Of a stretch of DNA of 64,000 nucleotides, positions 62,701-64,000 are shown in pieces (positions within the stretch are counted from its first letter, which is position 1; every line of letters begins with the position of its first letter). This DNA is from Candidatus Omnitrophota bacterium (GTDB lineage Bacteria > Omnitrophota > Gorgyraeia > Zapsychrales > Fredricksoniimonadaceae). The notes under the pieces are model-generated. The model ran no database searches, was not told where the DNA came from, and saw only the letters and a program-made list of their open reading frames with translations. The translations under genes and the position numbers were made by a program. The DNA lies in the NCBI GenBank assembly GCA_013287965.1, contig JABDCU010000003.1, forward strand, positions 4,231-68,230, written 5' to 3'.

Positions 62701-64000
62701 GCCAAGCCGTTGTTGATCAGGGTATTGCCGTTCGCGGAATTGACAACACCAAGGGCCAATTGCCCACCCGTGTTCTGGAGCAATCCATAAAGATAATTAG
62801 TGCCTGCCGAGGACAGTTGATAGTTGAACATCTGGGCGGCCGCGCCTGCCATCTGCACATCTAATTTACTGCCCGGCACCGTCGTGCCGATGCCCACGTT
62901 GCCGGAGACGATCAACCCGTTGGAAGGACCGGTGTTTGCCCCGGCATACGCACCGATGCCCACAGACCCTGCCACATCCAATTTATTAAGAGGTATTGTG
63001 CCTCCATTGCCAATACCCACGTTGCTGTCCCCTCCCCGGATCACAATGGCAGGGCTTGAAAACGTAAGTCCGCCGATGGCTGTTGAAGGGGTGATCTCAA
63101 AAGCGTTATTCAGGCTAATATTATTGCCCACTTGCCACTTATAATGGTTGCTGGTCGTATCGTCATAAACTATTCTTCCGCCGCCGCCGTTGGAAATATG
63201 CAAAGGACCCTGGGGAGTGGTGGTGCCAATGCCCACGTTGCCGCCGTTGATGATCGTCATGTCCGGAGTATTGTTTGTGATATAAAAACCAAGGTTTTGG
63301 TTGCCGCTGGCTGATGAGTTCTTTAAGTAGACCCAGTTGGTGCCGTCGCCGCGGTAGAATTTCAACTGATTATTGCCAAGTATGCCGACGTTTCCGACGA
63401 CATCCAACGGATTTCCCGGTGACGTGGAGCTGATGCCCACATTGCCGGCTGTTGATAAATACATTGTCCCAACAACGTTTGTATCAAATTGTAAACTTGC
63501 GCCAGCGCTTCCATTCGGGTTATAGACTCTAACATGATTATCGCTTGCTGAATTTTCAAATAATAGAGAACTACCGGCTAATAATTGGGTGTTTCCATTT
63601 ACTGACACCTTATTCCCCGGCGCCCAGGTGCCGATGCCCACGTTGCCGTTGGTCACGGTGAGGCCGCCTTGCGGTGTCGTGGTGCCGATGCCGACATTGA
63701 CATTGCCGTTGGTGGCGTAGATGCGCAGGCCGGACCACGTCCATCCGCCGCTGGCGGCATTGGCCATCCAGGTGCCGTTGCCGTTATTGTCCGAGGTGAG
63801 CACATAGCCGTTGACCGGCGAAACAGGAAGCGCAAATCCCGTCATCCGCGCGGTGCCGGCCACGTCCAGCGTCTGGCCCGGCGCCGTGGAGCCGACACCG
63901 AGATTACCATTTGAATCCATTGTTGCCGCTGTCACATAACCTGAGCCGTTATTGGTCACAAAGTTAAAGCCCATTCGGTTATTGAGACCTGTTACCGTAT
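53721..64000 (-). CDS. giant repetitive fibre/surface-like protein, C-terminal >3,420 aa (5' end outside window)
   Basis: Single ORF open to the right edge (no in-frame stop upstream of Met 63974). Built of GNVGIGT(T/W)xP(Q)GG(L/F)xVxNGNVGIGTWAP units plus recurring YYGDGSHLTG(I/L)SGSISGLTTGYVPKATGATTIGNG modules, with a unique ~150-aa C-terminal domain. Confidence 0.85.
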   Translation of the reverse strand, partial: TVTGLNNRMGFNFVTNNGSGYVTAATMDSNGNLGVGSTAPGQTLDVAGTARMTGFALPVSPVNGYVLTSDNNGNGTWMANAASGGWTWSGLRIYATNGNVNVGIGTTTPQGGLTVTNGNVGIGTWAPGNKVSVNGNTQLLAGSSLLFENSASDNHVRVYNPNGSAGASLQFDTNVVGTMYLSTAGNVGISSTSPGNPLDVVGNVGILGNNQLKFYRGDGTNWVYLKNSSASGNQNLGFYITNNTPDMTIINGGNVGIGTTTPQGPLHISNGGGGRIVYDDTTSNHYKWQVGNNISLNNAFEITPSTAIGGLTFSSPAIVIRGGDSNVGIGNGGTIPLNKLDVAGSVGIGAYAGANTGPSNGLIVSGNVGIGTTVPGSKLDVQMAGAAAQMFNYQLSSAGTNYLYGLLQNTGGQLALGVVNSANGNTLINNGLAYASAVGSWNSTPLQLFTNSTARMTFDTAGNVGIGSTIPSYQLDINGTGNATNLRVTTTGNNSSLTLNNSGTGGLPWNINSTNNNAGAGGGKLTIDNSTSTMLTILGSGGNVGIATINPGKALDVNGDIRASNGGAFYGDGSHLTGISGTVSGLTTNYHVKAASATTLTNSIVYDDGTNVGISTSTPVMKLEILGAAYGLPANSGTAQTGGVARFRDSRASGDVVLDIGDSAGTNATWLQSTDMRALNTNYALLLNPNGGNVGIGTTTPDSQLTIFGGAGISIEGTTNNNTGGLTVSNTLTASTALTNSFGIYAYPSINTTGGSATNFATIAANGVSGSKSGGGSVTNAASLLILGQPNFGTNNYGLLVQNGAQNSVLASIDGSSGGAYFKGNVGVGTTTPQAAFVVTNGNVGIGTWVTQYPVDIRASEGDFALRSTTGTNRVGIQETNTGGTLVLGVESSAGGVLVTGTSPYASIIGTQASAYPLQVATNNAVRMTIDSAGNVGIGTVGPVNKLEVAGGITLSGGLVSTVGSGQIFGNSSTATNGGYFHIGTSATDAYWGAASSAGANPFSGTAIANSAIYFGDKDNVPVQFLTTGAVRQTIDGSGNVGIGTTLPSSLLSLTQTGASFEDFTRSGVSIGSLTGSNNDFNINALTNNIAFTVPSGKVYSFSTGNVGIGTFVPGKLLDVSGTGNVYGRFMSTNTTGAGINVKDTGESWYIQADGAAGSHGLAFYDLARSAYRMMIDSAGNVGINSLTPGQNLDIQGSERVSGSYYGDGSHLTGISGSISGLTTGYVPKATGATTIGNGSIFDTGGNIGIGTTTPQAGFIVMNGNVGIGTWAPGYDIEMDKSDSTGMIILLHNLNNTSSAYSALQLETGGGGAGYAATVYTSPGQQSWSSGLDNQDGEKFKITSNADPTSAGNNRLTIQTNGNIGIGTTTPQGGLIVTNGNVGIGTWAPGAKLEVDGASNPEIDWGPVHTPSGSGAYTSYNTTGNYFSINAVSQGVAYRNIFLASDGGSVGIGTINPIAKFNVRGGTNEEFAVGGGSELGSPTTDVFILNDANTTFEPVEFSASQYNFATGSVGIGSTSPGGTLDVGSGSICLGHVCNSSWPAGSVSGLTSGYVPKATGATTIGNGSMFDTGGNVGIGTTTPQAAFVVTNGLVGIGTWVSTGSQLDVVGTIGAIDLLSTTGTNRARYRLDNTGGSAFFGIEGSTPASFINGDSPYSTIIGAAGTYPLQFGHSSAEVTILNGGNVGIGSVGPTSKLDVNGDIKLDGNNGLIGGNNWYEITGVSSSLLQVGSSGGWTSGIEFLPATVGAAMQILQSGNVGIGTTAPVNKLDVNGSMAIGATYAGLTAAPTNGLLVQGNIGVGTSVATAGDLRVSNAFTLNAHTYAENANESIIAVSANNIAFGDSGFGDVIMQTNNRLYLNAGLIIDIGGATNAYPGLVRSGTTLQVRLGDNSGDAPISALTGSFSGSGNSYFTGNVGVGTSTPQGGLTVTNGNVGIGTWAPRLKFEVQGTSNSPATSGTVPNGTASFVTPNGNSLYIGSYTASPYGVWLQNSNWIDLSAVYPLVFNPNGGNVGIGSVTPGKVLDITGDARVSGSYYGDGSHLTGLSGSISGLTTGYVPKATSATTIGNGAIFDNGNIGIGTITPQQNLHVVSEFRLDRPGENYVDEYFTGGIVTGDAIDLVYVPGTKESTGFQFQAYNSGVPAAAMSINRVGNVGIGTWTPGKILDVNGQSLFRDTINIGPTANEGLWTWGSLPVNTSTIFRAGSGNDLWLASNNSVSSTGILIDTNGNVGIGTFIPQAAFTVTNGNVGIGTWTAPSHTLEVRGDLSAGNFAGQANIILEGLTSTSAAVRTSNGADLVFQPNGNTAMYMTTGGNVGVGTTTPQGGGFVVTNGNVGIGTWAPSNPLDVVSGGDASSDTILAITDTGANPGAALTLNTTKATSTYRNWGIATDQHNIGDIAFQQSNAQGGNPITAGTTRMYLDTNGNVGIGTYTPQGGFIIDNGNVGIGTWAPGGLLDIAGQAAYNTGLIVRSVSGANNGASVTLINTDTGGASYSLNSTGSGNGPGAGAFSIYDTTGGAHRLTIKSGNVGISSTAPGQRLDVQGTTRTTDFTMTDSPGNGYVLTSDNNGNATWQPNLAGGGWNWSGFNIYNTPGTNVGVGTSSPQGAFVVTSGNVGIGTWAPGSSALAVVPQVANGIGLLVNDIVIGGYGIYTSNANALNFNYGHNGDDTGYLNYTGYNNGTTHFRSFEIDNGKNLPIANFDGPSGNVGIGTRTPQGGFVVTNGNVGIGTWTPAVALAVRSNTARTVLSFQGSDASAVPGYLYSDTSTLGFKDTAGSSITNGVFVDTGNFARIWTNGSERVRVDSNGNVGIGTATPQGGLAVTNGNVGIGIAAPLATLDVRGSSASTYVAANLQNANTGSNQSVRLVFSPRSNFSVTDYGGYIEAIRPSNDNISLAFGGYPAGAAQEWMRMVAGNVGIGSVGPTAPLDIYGAGSNSRIKIESSGGTGNGADLWFANTSRTWQVGQNVNTTADNFEIYDRSNSADRIVITQSGNVGIGTWVPAYKLDVNGQVRAGTANAILSGYGSPDIIGANSGNIYLAASNASVTFDAQGASADNRVWDAGGNSSSQFTMRALNNAGSIATNWLLVNRSTTTITNVDFPNGNVGIGTSTPQGGLVVTNGNVGIGTWAPGGALTVMGGNVGVGANPASGKLQVAGASNGSLDFLITHTTGNVAFTVSTLASGNATVNLDNSAGSVGLQLSSTAANNSYFNGSNVGIGTTTPSAPLNVSGTTGAIATSGSAGGGTLRLTEQPNSGAMMLFGTNGGNYGYAQMTNSTDQTAHYPLVINPNGGNVGIGTTVPGAALQVNGGILSSGTTGIGYTTGAGATVTQLTNKSTAVTINAPSGTITMNNATLNHGASVSFTVNDTAVASADCVYTQHDSGGSIGSYTTDANTEASGSFVITVTNQSGGNLGEAIVIKFAVIKGATS

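Noticed and set aside
54165-63914. About thirty plus-strand ORFs of 60-180 aa inside the giant gene (e.g. 57492-58010, 59143-59688)
   Set aside because: All lie antisense or out of frame to one continuous 10-kb minus-strand ORF. They are rich in Pro/Arg/Ala as expected for the mirror frames of GC-rich Gly/Asn/Val repeats, and have no SDs or independent conservation signal.
53721-64000. Periodic ~21-nt motif GGTGCCGATGCCCACGTTGCC recurring many times, superficially CRISPR-like
   Set aside because: The motif is the in-frame coding sequence of GNVGIGT on the opposite strand. Spacing is irregular (20 to >300 nt), the 'spacers' are themselves repetitive coding sequence, and there are no cas genes.

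Overview
Bacterial chromosomal window with three visibly different parts. (A) nt 1-32,474 holds housekeeping genes, mostly on the + strand. These are the tail of the F1 ATP synthase operon (atpD', short atpC), a NUDIX hydrolase, and a respiratory supercluster: exported cupredoxin, two micro-ORFs, an aa3-type oxidase ordered ctaD-ctaE-subunit IV-ctaC, a Rieske protein, cytochrome b fused to three c-type haem domains, ctaA, ctaB and DUF420. They are followed by a 7Fe ferredoxin plus B12-radical-SAM enzyme (- strand), exported Trx-MsrB-MsrA, acnA, surE, a REC-HD-GYP regulator, gltA, pepA, SPFH, fumC and ald. Part A ends with a PilZ protein flanked by three very large GT-C-like membrane proteins and a YgjP-like metallopeptidase. 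(B) nt ~32,475-53,720 is an AT-rich accessory/defence-type island with genes almost all on the - strand. It carries a three-gene operon I cannot assign to any family (membrane protein, 1106-aa membrane-anchored protein, protein with a HEPN-like R-x4-H motif), a type II R-M pair, MazG plus a deleted second copy, and a two-gene membrane cassette. It also carries tandem zinc-ribbon/HNH-like genes (one intact, one decayed), a NYN RNase facing a promoter-driven tandem structured RNA, DinD, HicAB, YefM-YoeB, VapBC, a six-gene operon of unknown function and a RAYT/IS200-like Y1 transposase. The island is punctuated by several families of short conserved non-coding elements: a 57-nt element x6, GC-hairpin REP-like repeats, a promoter module x4, a promoter+leader module x2, and terminator half-sites abutting stop codons. 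(C) nt 53,721-64,000 is the 3' 10.3 kb of a GC-rich giant gene (>3,420 aa, still open at the window edge) built of GNVGIGT-type repeats. I found no rRNA, tRNA or CRISPR array. The best candidates for something new are the three-gene operon at 32,957-37,675, the NYN/tandem-RNA locus at 42,972-43,755, and the repeat-delimited cassette architecture of the island. All functional calls come from motif recognition by eye; nothing was searched against any database.
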